Shown here: piece by piece, positions 40,793 to 52,513 of the stretch | Numbering within the stretch: position 1 is the stretch's first letter | Layout: every line of letters begins with the position of its first letter | Assembly: GCF_032062105.1 (NCBI RefSeq) | Contig: NW_026932328.1 | Coordinates: forward strand, 186,001-250,000 | Origin: Saccostrea cucullata | Taxonomy: Eukaryota | Length of the DNA: 64,000 nucleotides | Direction: 5' to 3' | Made by a program: the position numbers and the translations under genes | The notes under the pieces: generated by a model | What the model was told of the DNA's origin: nothing | What the model saw: the letters and a program-made list of their open reading frames with translations, nothing else | Databases searched by the model: none

Positions 40793-42254
40793 ATGTTGAG
40801 AGCCAATAAAACCAGGGCATCGAAGGCCAAAAGCCCATATGCCCGCCCAGTATCTAGGACTTCTGCGGCGCATAGTATTATTAGTTACATAGTCTTTTAG
40901 TGACAGGGTATGGGATGATACCTGGTTAGTAAATTTCATACCTGGCGAGGCGGAGCCGAGTCAGGTATGAAATTTACTAACCAGGTATCATCCCATACCC
41001 TGTCACTAAAAGACTATGTAACGAATTTACCCCATCGATGAAACATTTAATACGTTTTATCTGTTGTTTACAAATGGTTTTCTCTGCTAAATGCTTCATC
41101 AGGCTTATACTGTGCCTATTATGACGTCACGTTTGTGTTTGTGACGTAATACATCGACCGGGTATAGATTTACAACTGACCGGGTATAAGTAATCCACCG
41201 CCTTCACGTGACAGACTTCAACCAATCGCAAGCCAGGATTTCACGGAAAAATCGACAGAGGTGGGGTAATGTAGCCTCCAGGGTGACCACCCAAGCATCC
41301 ACGGTAGCGTCGACGTCCATTGACCCCATCATACCGACATCAGTCAACAGTCATTATTCCCAGGCAGCTATGTCAGTGCCAACAAGAACTTACATGGTCA
41401 GCCAAGAATCGCTTGTTCAATCAGTACCCTTACAGCCTGTCTACGAGACTGCAGACATCCTAACTCCGGTTGTGCAGACTGTACCCACCCAACAGACAGT
41501 GGAGCCGCAGCTGCCTGTGCCAACAACTAGCACTACAGCAGGTATAAATTGCATGGTTGAAATAGATAGGCCTACACCTTTTCAGAGTGTAGCATCAATG
41601 CTTGGAGCTCATGTCTCTCAAACATTGAAAGAAAAAATTTGGAATAACGAGTATGTCGCTTTGAGCAAACTGTTGATCAAAGAGCCAGTTTCAGATATAC
41701 AGCATCATATTGTTTATCTTGATGGTTTAATTCAGGTTAAACCTAAGTACAAAGATGAAAAAATTATGTCTATTTCACAATGGACTGATGCCTTTTTAAT
41801 TTTTGCCTCAATTTACTGCGCCAAGCACTCTGCACAAGCTATAAATTTATTTCGTTATATGGCAACAATTAGAAAAGGTGCAGAGCGTTCACCTACGTCT
41901 TATGGTTGGAGGGATTATGACATCCAGTTTAGGCTGAAAAAATCATTTGATTCAAATCTTAACTGGGGTTCGGTTGATGCTGAACTTTGGTTGTTTTATA
42001 TGCAGCCCACTGTACAAAATTCTAGTCAGAATCCCCCCAAACAATTTAAATGTTACTCTTACAATTTTCAGGGTGTTTGCGAAAAACACAATTGCAAGTT
42101 TTTGCATATTTGTGTGAAATGTAATGGTTCACATCCTTCTTTACATTGCAGATCTTCCCAGAATAACAATGTCAAACAATTCCCCCAGTCTAGGCCCACA
42201 CAACAGCAGTTCCGCCCAAGATTCCCACAGCGAGCAATTCGACCTACACAATAA
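40793..42254 (+). pseudogene. Gag-like ORF interrupted by a 391-bp insertion
   Basis: ATG at 40793 (MLRANKTRASKAKSPYARP...) rejoins in frame at 41268; KIWNNEYV, WTDAF, WRDYD.QFR and C-x7-C-x4-C-x3-H-x-C-x2-C-x3-H-x4-C zinc fingers. Confidence 0.82.
40877..41267. mobile_element. Long-hairpin non-autonomous element (probably Crypton-like) inserted in gag
   Basis: Perfect 61-bp arms at 40884-40944 and 40962-41022; removing the element restores the gag frame. Confidence 0.7.
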
Positions 42255-43862
42255 GTTATGGGATTTAGGCCATTCTCCAATTAAAACCAACAATCTTCAC
42301 AAATTATTAATAAATTATCCTGACAGAAAAGTTGCCAACATATTAGGGCAGGGTTTTGAGAAAGGGTTTTTGTTAAATTATCAGGGCCCTAGAGTAAGGG
42401 TTGAATATAAAAATATGAAGTCTGCAATTCAACACTCTAGCGATCTAGAAGAAAAGATTAAGAAGGAAATTGGATTAGGTAGGGTTTTGGGTCCTTTTTC
42501 AGCCCCCCCCCCCCAATATCAAATTTAAGATGTAGCCTAATAGGTTTATTACCTAAAAAACAAGGTGGATGGCGTATGATAACCAATCTTTCACATCCTT
42601 ATGGTGATAGTGTTAACGATTACATAGATCAGCAAGATTGTACTGTCAGCTATGCTTCGTTTGATGATGCAATTAACATAATTCAAACCAAAGGAAAAGG
42701 GGCCCTTATGGCAAAGATGGATATTTCTAGTGCATTTAGGCTTTTACCAATCAATCCTCAGGAATTTTGTCTGCTAGGTTTTAAGTTTAATAATGCATAT
42801 TATATTGACAAGTGTTTGCCAATGGGGTGTTTAGTATCTTGTTCACTGTTCGAAAAATTTTCATCATTTTTACATTGGGAATTAGAACAGAGGTCACAAA
42901 AGGATGGTATTGTTCATTACTTAGATGATTTTTTTTTGCTGGATCAGCGAATTCTAGTGAATGCAGAGAATTAATGTATCATTTTCAAGAACTGAGTCAA
43001 TTTTTAGGAGTTCCAATTACACCAGAAAAAACTCAAGGTCCTTGTACAAAATTAACATTTTTAGGGTTAGGAATAGATTCTGTTGAAGAGACAATTTTTG
43101 TTCCAAAAGAGAAAGTAGATGAATTGTTGGAAAAGATAAAGTATGTTCAGTGTAGTAAAAAAGTAACAAAGAAAGAATTAGAATCGCTTGTTGGTTCACT
43201 TGCCTTTGTTGTAAAAGCACTACCGGCTGGTAGGGCATTTTGTAGGAGAATTTACGGGGCACTACAAGGTGTTGATAAATCTTTTCATTTGATTAGAATA
43301 TCTAATGAGATTAAGTTGGACCTTCAAATGTGAGTTGTATTTCTGCAAAAGTTTTAATGGACTAACTCGGTTTCCATCAGTAGATTGGTCAGATAGTGAT
43401 ATGTTGCAATTTTCTACAGACAGTTCAGGGTCGGTTGGGTGTGGTGTTGTTTTTGGCGATGAATGGAGTGTGTTAGTTTGGCCAGCAAGTTGGTCTCAGG
43501 AGATAAAGAAGGATATTACTTTGTTGGAGCTCATTCCAATATTGTTAGGTATTGTTATTTGGGCAGAAAAACTAGCTTCTAATAAATTGCTATTACATGT
43601 AGACAATTTAGCACTTGTTCACATAATTAACAACAAAACGTCAATAAATAAGAGAGTTATGGTTTTGCTGAGAGCCTTGGTCCTCAAAACATTGCAGAAT
43701 AATATTCAGATCAAATGTCAACATATTCAAGGTATAAAGAATGATAAGGCAGATGCTCTCTCTCGTTTTCAGTTTTCGAGGTTCCATCAGCTGGCTCCTG
43801 GGGCTCGGCCTTATCCCTGTCCAGTTCCTATGCAATTTTGGCAAATTATTCATCAACTGTAG
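42255..43862 (+). pseudogene. RT/RNase H of the Ngaro element (three frameshifts)
   Basis: ITNLSHP, KMDISSAFR, LPMG, YLDDF, TFLG; RNase H TDSSG, ELIPI, VDN, ADALSR; frameshifts at the C-run ~42510, the T-run ~42935 and ~43330. Confidence 0.92.
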
Positions 43863-44701
43863 AGAACCTGGTAGATGCTAGCATTTCGGACAATACAAAC
43901 AAAGTTTATAGGCAGGCATTCAAACCTTTATTTAACTCTTTTCCACAATTGTGGCCTCCACCTGTTGACCATGTCATCAATTTTGTTGCACACATGTCAG
44001 AGAAAAAATGCGCCTTTTCAACTGTCAAGTGTTATCTGTCTGGTCTGAGCTTTTTTATAAACATTCATGGATGGCCAAATTCTGTGGAGTCATTTTTAAT
44101 TAAAAAACTGCTTACTGGTTACAAAAAGTTGACTGTGTCTAGTGATATTAGAAGGCCTATTACCTTGCACTTATTAGGTCGTATCATAAATACCTTGCCG
44201 TATGTTGCACATTCTTTATACGAGGCAACATTATTTCAATGTGCCTATTCAGTAGCATTTTTTGCATTGCTTAGAGTCAGTGAAGTAATAGACCTTCAAT
44301 CTGATAGTGTTCAGTTATTACAAGACCATGTTAGTCTACTGATTAAAAGTTCTAAGACTGATCAAATGCACAGGGGTTCAGCAGTTAAAGTTCCAAAGCA
44401 TGCCCAGTCATTAATTTTGTTTACAATACTGCAGAAATTTCCTGCAATGCGTCAGACAATTTCAACTACAAAATTTTTTGTGCATTTCAACTCCAAGCCT
44501 TTGACTCAGTATCAGTTTTCTACAATACTCAATAAATGTTTATCATTTTTGAATATAAACACATCGGTTTTTAAATCTCATTCTTTTAGAATTGGTGGGG
44601 CCACACATCTGTATTTAAATGGTATGAGCGAAGCTGAAATCAAAACCATTGGCAGATGGAGTTCTGCTGCCTACAAGTCATATATAAGGCCAATTGTTTA
44701 A
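43838..44701 (+). CDS. Tyrosine recombinase
   Basis: LLRVSE, SKTDQ, SHSFRIGGAT, GRWSS and YKSYIR give the catalytic R-K-H-R-W-Y set. Confidence 0.92.
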   Translation: MANYSSTVENLVDASISDNTNKVYRQAFKPLFNSFPQLWPPPVDHVINFVAHMSEKKCAFSTVKCYLSGLSFFINIHGWPNSVESFLIKKLLTGYKKLTVSSDIRRPITLHLLGRIINTLPYVAHSLYEATLFQCAYSVAFFALLRVSEVIDLQSDSVQLLQDHVSLLIKSSKTDQMHRGSAVKVPKHAQSLILFTILQKFPAMRQTISTTKFFVHFNSKPLTQYQFSTILNKCLSFLNINTSVFKSHSFRIGGATHLYLNGMSEAEIKTIGRWSSAAYKSYIRPIV

Positions 44702-44741
44702 TAAGTTAGATGCAAATTTATTTTGTTCAAAATCGTTTCAG

Positions 44742-45346
44742 ATTGCATATGGATCATTGGTTCATCTTTGATATTTTGGGCTCAGAAATATGCTCAACAG
44801 AGAATGCTTAACAACCTGGGATTTGAATCACATAGGATAATTTGGCATGGAATAAGGGGTATGGTTTGGTCACAGCTTTATCCAACTATCCAAAAGAAAT
44901 TAAAAGATAATAACCCACCAACAATCCTAGTAATACACTGTGGTGGCAATGATATTGGTAATCCGCATAATACGTTGAAGGGTTTACAAATGTACATGAA
45001 ATCTACCATTGTAAATATTTCACAATTAATGCCAAAGACAGTTATTGTTTGGTCTCATATTTTACCACGAAGTAATTGGACCTTATGTCTTTCTAACAAT
45101 GATGGAGAAAATTGGAGAAGAAGAATCAATTCTGCACTTGCTACTTTTGTTGTTAAGAAAATGTGTGGGGCCTCCATTAAATATCCTGATATTTTAAAAA
45201 GACATGTAGCCCTTTTTCGCAAAGATGGTGTACACTTGTCAGACTTGGGTAATGACTTGTTCGTGAATTCTTTAAGAAATGCTCTGGGGGTGTTTTTGTC
45301 AACCACTGACAGATTTTATCCTACTACTCCCACATGTACTTGTTAA
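44742..45346 (+). CDS. SGNH/GDSL hydrolase domain (no ATG start; begins at a predicted splice acceptor)
   Basis: Blocks IIGSSL, GIRG, HCGGNDI and DGVHL. Confidence 0.85.
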
Positions 45347-46069
45347 GTCTTGTCATGGCCAATCCTTGAAGTTGTGAAGTTGCATATTTGAAAATTGAAT
45401 TGTATACAACTACTGGTTGAGTGTTAAATTGATAAATATGTATTTGTATTGATGAATGCAAAATTGACCGCCTAGATTTGTTGGCGGATGACCCACAAAA
45501 AATATGTTTTGTGGTTCATTAGGCAGAATTTTGCAGAGAATGCCACCTCCATGTTTTTTCCAGGTCCCTTGGGTCAAGGTGGTGTTTCTACTGCTTTGAG
45601 TTGTTTGTGTATATGCTGCCATATCGATTTGAAGATCGGCGCATATTTTGTTGTTTTGTTGAAAAAATTGTGAATAAATGGCCATAAGTACGCCAAACAT
45701 TAATTATTTGTAATATTTTAATTAGGTTAGGTCAATAAGGTCATTAGGATATTAAGTATCAATTTGTAGAAATTATTGTTATTGGTCTTCCAATGGTAAA
45801 GAACAATGGTTTGTAAGGGGTGCTTTGCTGTCTAAAAATAACAAGCAAAGACGGTTTTTTGACGTATTTTATATTGTAAAATGTACTTTGCAAACAATAA
45901 AAAAGAATAACCATTCTCCAGACCTCTGAATTTGAGGGGTTTTTTTAATTCCAAACGTAACAAAAGAGGCTATGATTGGCGATGAGAGATGATGAGGCGA
46001 TCTATGATTATGGATATTGCAAATCTTAGGCTTTTTAAACTCCCACGTTTTACTTAAGAAAATGCCGCT

Positions 46070-48175
46070 TAAACAATCATTAATTTTAAACTTCAATATG
46101 CCAATAAAGGAACTGACGCGATTAATATAAGTAATATTCTTAACCACAAAAGAATATATGTACAGTCTTGCGTTCCACCATATTCAACTTGAAGACTACA
46201 CCTTGTATTTCCTACAATTATACATCGACTATTGCTTCCAAACTTTTTTTAATTACAGTAAAACTTTACATGGCCTGGATATCGAATATCTGAACCTCAG
46301 TCCTCCATTGCGTTCATATTCTTCTTTACACTACAACTACAGTCCTGCTGGACACGGTATTACTGGTGACGTAAATAAAATTAATAATGAGGACCTTAGA
46401 TCACTAATTTTTAAAGGTCCTGAATATAGGTAGCCCCGATCCTTCAACAGACGTCGGAATTTCGGGAATAGAATATTACGCCAGGTGATGGACAAGACAT
46501 GAAAAAGAAGACTTTGACACTTTGTCAGAATGGATTATTAAATGCATCAGCTGTATGTTAAAATCGCGCGTTAAGCTATTAAGGGGCATTATGAAAACTA
46601 TCTATCCTCCTGTTTTCAATAACCCAGAAGTAAAAAAAGGAATAATTATTAGAAAGATTACACGATTAGTATGTACTGGTCCCTGTTGACACAGCAGGTA
46701 ACAATGTTGTCTTCGTTTGTAAAGCTCATTTTAGAGAAACATGGATTTAATTCTATAGGTGTAAATCCTACTTAAACCAATAGCTCCCTTTCTAAGGAAG
46801 AAATTATTCACAACCAAATGTCAGTTTTGAATATTTTTAATATTCCAAACAACCAAAATGAATTTAAATTACCATATCTATGCTGGATTCCGAAGCTTCA
46901 TAGAAATCCTTACAAAGATACATACATGTAGCAGGTTCCTAGAAATGTTCTACCAAGCCTCTTTCTTTACTCCTCACCAAAAGTCCAAAACATTAACAGT
47001 AGTGAAGGAGAAACTTCAGGAGTTATATGCAATAATATATTTGAGAAGCGGTGTAAATAAGATCTGGATATTAAAAATTCCAAGGGACGTTTGGAAAATT
47101 GAAGTCACAAAATTGTGCAAAATTCAACAGCATTAAAACTTACGACTTTTCAACTTATATGCAACCATTTCTTCGCGATTAATAAAGTTTAGGCTTTTTC
47201 ATATCATTGACAGCTTTAAAAAGAATGGAATTAGTAAATTTACTTACAGTGTCTTTGGTCATTTGCAAATTTATTTTGTTAAAGGAGATTCTGATTGTTT
47301 ACACAAGTTCTCTGAAGTTGATAATAAAAAGATGCTTGAGTTTCTGATTGACGGTATCTTTGTAGTTTTAATTGGAGACCAGGTTTTCCAACAGTCAATT
47401 GGAATTCCCATGGATACCAATTTCGCCCATTATTAGCAGACCTATTTTTGCATTTAAATGAAACATAATTTTTCCAAAATCTTATAGGTGAAAAGAGGAA
47501 AACAGTTGCTGCGGCCTTCAACTCAATATTTAGATACTTAGTATATCGACGACGTATTGTCAATTAACACTTATGTCGATACGATATATCCAGTTGAGCT
47601 TGAAATAAAAAAAATTCCACAGAGTCTGACACATCTGTTTCATTTTTACATGTATATAACTTGAAAAGGGCATTAACGATGATCTAACAACTTAGCTTTA
47701 TAACAAAGGAGATGACAAAAACTTTTCAGTTGGCAACTTCCCTAATTTTTTGCAGCAATATACCTTCATCGGGGTCTGTAGCTTTAAATTGATTCGATGT
47801 GCAAGAGCATGCTTTACGTTTAAACACTTTTTAAAATGAGGTAGATTATCAACAAACAGGTTGCTGAAACAAGAATATCAGCAGTCATCATTTCGCAAGT
47901 TCTATGGTCGATACATTCATTGCATTGTCAGCAAATACAATTTATCATTAAGTCAAATGCTGACTGACGTTTTTCATACTTGTTAGGCCATTATTTACAC
48001 TGTCTTGTCGACGGATTTTTCCGTTATTTCACAGACATGATAAGGAGCACAAGGCGGAATGTGTCCTTAATGGCACCTGATCCCCCTCTGGTTTTTTGGA
48101 TGTCCCTGCTTCTATTTTGTATGGTGTAATAAACTTTTGAGCTTGAATACTGTTCTTTATATCCATAAATTTCAT
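46070..48175 (+). mobile_element. Longest Naiad-type Penelope-like copy (degenerate)
   Basis: YANKG, the linker P.GH.ITGD..I.NEDLRSLI.KGP.YR, a decayed CxC (cgt-tca-tat), NNVVFVCK, RT motifs and the 3' module; no C-terminal GIY-YIG. Confidence 0.85.
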
Positions 48176-49056
48176 TCTTAAACTTGCTTTATTTACAAAG
48201 CGAAATCTTTCAGTTAGATGTAAATTGCTTAAAATCTATTTTACTTACAATTCTATGTCATGATTTTCTGTACATTTTTTTTTCAAGGATTGTTGTATTT
48301 GTAATATATTGAATAGTAACTGTCCCTTATGGGGTATGACAGAAGATACCCTATCTTCGTCACTTTTTGTCTATACAATTAGCCAAATTATCATGTCTTA
48401 TAACTCTTGGTTTATTCTGGTCACAATATTGTGTGTATAACTTTTAATATTCTATTTTTAGGGTTGTGGCATTTTAGAAACCCTTTTGGAAGAATTGTAT
48501 TGTGTTTTTGTTTGCTGATGTTATTAACCATTCCAATTTCTTAGCTATTTGATGTGTTTATTGTGTCAAACTGAGTCCAACCCCAGCATGCAGTTATTCA
48601 TGTATATTTGTATATTTATTTTAAGGAAGACAAAGTGAAATATATAAGATAATATGTTATGTATGTTGAAATGTTTCATCGATTCGGTCACTAGTATCAC
48701 GAAACTTTTGTACAAATTAATTATTTTATGCAACAACATTATTTTATAACATAAATCGGGCATAGTTCAAAGTAAATAGCTTGGCTTTCATCTCTGAATT
48801 TCGTATACTAGCTTGAGATATGCACGATGAATGCATGCAGACTGTATTCATTGCCCTATTAACACAAAGGGTCGAGATGCGTGAAGAAATTGTCATCTGG
48901 CCGTATAAGTTGAGATTTACGCAGGTGAAAATCACCCTATGAAAAATGATGGCACAAGTAGCCAGCTCATAATTTCAGGTGCGAGGATCGCCACACAAAC
49001 TTTTTCACCGCAGCAGGGCCCTGTGCTTTTTCTGTTGTCTTACTCTCTACAGAAGA

Positions 49057-51872
49057 ATGCACGCTTTGCCGATATATCTGCTTTTGCTTTCGATCGTGCA
49101 TTCGTGTCTCGGAGCCTGTACAGTCACACCCATTCAAAATGAGCCCTTAGGTAAGAAAATTTTATTGAATAGAACGTTATTGAACAGTAAGAATTACATT
49201 TTGGAGGGGGTACTGGATGTACATTTGCAGTAGCATAACTTATATTACATCAAATGATAACTCATTTGAACATACTGAAATATATTTTGTTGGTTTTAAA
49301 ATAAAAAATTAAGGCTTTTTGAAGATTTAATCGTATATTCTGATGTTGTTTGGAGCAATCTGTAGAAATAAATTAGGCTATTTAGTATAATATGTATAAT
49401 TTGACGAAATATTACTTTGAGGTGAGATGAAAATTGTTTATAATTTTTAGCTTGTGGGATATAATCATCTGATATATGGATACGTCTTTTCGCCGTTGTC
49501 CGGAGACATACCTGTACATACAGGTGTGTTAAGATCTGACAACCTATAAGTAGTCTGTGGTGCATCATGATTTTTTTTAATGAACTGCAGTTGCATGTTT
49601 TGATTTATTTCCTGGTTTCAATCATATAAATAAAAGATTTTTTTTAATAAAAAAAATCAAAATATTTGTTTGTAGAAAAATTGATTTATCACATTCTAGC
49701 TACATTTCTGATGTAGAAGTTTCTTTGTGTACTTTTTACATGTATTACACTAAATAATGTCGAAGACTGTTTTAATGTACAGTGTACTAAAGTTCATGAC
49801 CTCGAAAACCTGCCCAGTATTTAGGCCACAAGATATTCTAGATGTATCGCTCAGTTTTTTAAGGTATCGAAAGCTCTCTGTCATACGGGGAAATAAAAAG
49901 TTATTTCCGATTGCGGACCTCTATGAAAAATTATTATGTAAACGTCAATGCTAATCATAATGTACGCATGTAAGATGTTCATATAGCTAAAGTACGTAAA
50001 TAACCTCATATTATTCATTAAAGGTTTAAAACGTAAACAAAAAATCGAAAAAGAAAATTGAATCATTTTCCTTTTTTACAGCAATGAAGTCATTTCGATA
50101 TTTCTGTGAATATATCCACAACGACAAAATCAAAGGACCGACAAAAATAAAGTATGGACAAGGTTCCGTATTTGAGGATGTGGATTCCTGTCAGAGGTGT
50201 CGATGTAGTCAGCGAGGATTGGATTGCTGCGAGTAAGTAACATGCGTATCAGAGTAACCCCCTCCAAATAAAGACTGAGTGTTCACAGGAAGCCGCACTT
50301 TATATCGCCCTTTTGAGTGGGGAACTAGGTATATATCCTTATTGTGGCAGGGGATTGGGTTAAGATATATGGACGACGTATTGTCAATTAACAATGGTCA
50401 TTTCCATTCCTACGTCGATACGATATACCTGGTGAGCTTGAGATAAAATATACCACAGAGTCTGACACATTTGTTTCATACTTGAATATTTTACTTGAAG
50501 AAGACGTTAATGGTAATCTAACAACCAAGCTATATGATAAACGTGATGACTTTAACTTTTCTATCGTGAACTCCCGTTTTTTATGCAGCAATATACCTTC
50601 ATCACCTGCAAACGGAGTGTATATATCTCAGTTAATTCGATACGCAAGAGTATGCTCTACGTATGAACAATTTCTAAAACGAGGTAAAATATTGACATGC
50701 AACTTTAGGAAACAAGAATATAAGCAGTCTCATTTAAAGTCATCATTTCGTAAGTTCTATGGTCTATACAATGACCTTGTCAGCAAATACATTTTATCAT
50801 TGAGTCAAATGCTGACTGACGTTTTTCATACGAATTTTTGGTCCATTATTTATACACTGAAATGACGACTGATTTTTCCGTTATTTCCCGATCATGACAA
50901 GGAGCACACGGCGGATGTGACCGGTCAGCAGGGGATGCTCACTCCTCCATGGCACCTGATCCCACCTCTGATGTTTCGGAGGTCCACGTTTGCTGTGCTC
51001 CTATTTTGTATTGTTTTATGGACTTTGACATTGAATACTGTTCGTTATCTCCATATCACCCTTTTGAGCAGACCAGTCGTTTTGTAGATCAGTGACTACA
51101 CAGCCAAAACTCAGAATATGTATTTAGAATGACATTGAAAACAACGAAAATACTGTCATTTAAGAGATAAAAAGCAGATAATTATATCAAACTTAAAGAA
51201 AAAGAGAAAAGGAGGTCGGATTAAGTTTTAACATCGTTTGTTACATAATTATTACCATTCTCTAAGCAAAACTTTAAAGATTGACTATTTCAGAATGTTT
51301 TTTCTTACAGGACTGGATTGAAAGTAAAAATAGCACCAAGGTCAATTCCCGTAGAATGTCACATAGTTAAAGAAGGGTGTGATCAATATTTAGTGTACAA
51401 AGGCGACAACATCACAGATTGTGCTACTGGTAGACCTGCTAAAATAGTACGCCAAGAACAAATTGCGCAAGACAAACGAAGTCAATATATCGAAGATATG
51501 CTCTACAAAGAAGTAATGCAAGATATGGATGGAACATCCGGAGCCAATAGAGAAGTCGAAGGAAATTTCAAGCAATGGGTTCTTTTAGACTACTTTCTGA
51601 ATGACGCATTTGTTGGCCGAATTCCATCTCCCATTGTGGATCAACAGAAGACTCCAGCAGAACTCTCCGGGTCTTCACCAATGAAAGCAAACACAGCTGA
51701 TTCAACTATCGGCTCGCTTACAAAAGGTTTTGTTGACAGTCTTGGAGGCCCGGATGCTGCGCGCGCAACCATAATGGAGAGAATTAAAAACTATGACATT
51801 GGTAGTCCACATAACCAGGGACTGAATGACAACCTTCCACTTCTTTACCTTCTATCAACTTTGATAAATTAG
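49057..51872 (+). CDS. Beta-microseminoprotein (PSP94)-like secreted protein C, 268 aa, with C-terminal extension
   Basis: Exons 49057-49150, 50082-50232, 51311-51872 (phases 1, 2). Signal peptide MHALPIYLLLLSIVHSCLG, ACTVTP, SCQRCRCSQRGLDCC, PVEC..EGC..DNITDC. An acceptor at 49052 suggests an upstream non-coding exon. Confidence 0.87.
50364..51056 (+). mobile_element. 5'-truncated Naiad-type element in intron 2 of PSP94-like gene C
   Basis: YMDDVLSI, KLYDKRDDFNF, GVYISQLIRYAR and the best-preserved 3' module. Confidence 0.9.
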
Positions 51873-52513
51873 AAAATCCGGTGAATACACAAATTAAGCT
51901 CTCAATTTGTTATATATGTTTTCAGAAAGAATTCAAAAAGTGTATTGTATAGTAAAAAGGCGTTCTCCAGTTTTCTTAACTGCGAGAGTTAATCACATAT
52001 TCGAGTACATATTCTGAAATGGGCAATATCCCCAAGGAATCACACATACGTATATTAACTCTCTTAGCGTGTTTTTATAACATTCAAAAGGAGACTGCTT
52101 ATACGTATCTGTGTTGTAAAAATACCATACTCATGTATTATAGTCCTATGTAAACAACTATAAGGAACTGCACATATGTAATAAAATTATTGATTCTATT
52201 TTTATTGATTTATATTTAATATGAACATTCTAGGGCTTTTAAGTTTGCCCTGTATGCCTGATTTTTTATAGTAAAGAAAATCACAAAAATTCGAACGACA
52301 ATGATCTTGGATCTTAATTTGAAATTTGATTAGTAAGAATGATCCATGTCTCGGAACAGGCTCTCACTACGGTTAAAACGATTCCCCTATACTTTCAATG
52401 TAGTAGAGAATTGCAGATCCGTTCTAAAATGATTTTGGCGAAAATAAATATATATTTATCATAAACAAGATATGTTTGTGAAACAATGATGCCCTCAAAT
52501 GGCAGCTTATCTA

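Larger units (their letters stand above)
40793..45710 (+). mobile_element. Ngaro-type (DIRS-order) tyrosine-recombinase retrotransposon with SGNH hydrolase ORF; outer boundaries uncertain
   Basis: Overlapping ORFs in the order gag - RT - RNase H - YR - SGNH; aataaa at ~45673. Confidence 0.9.

Noticed and set aside
41208-41267. Start of the 348-aa ORF as the gag start
   Set aside because: These 20 codons come from the inserted hairpin element; the likely start is ATG 40793.
43838-45346. Prophage or bacterial integrase island / horizontal transfer
   Set aside because: YR and SGNH follow gag-RT-RNase H in the standard Ngaro layout.
46070-48175. Selenoprotein-encoding Naiad
   Set aside because: The copy is too decayed; the CxC positions read cgt/tat, not TGA, and no SECIS could be supported.
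50895-51010. Hammerhead or HDV-like ribozyme call
   Set aside because: ctgatg is not followed by the hammerhead A and GAAA core, and the HDV P3 and J4/2 residues do not fit.
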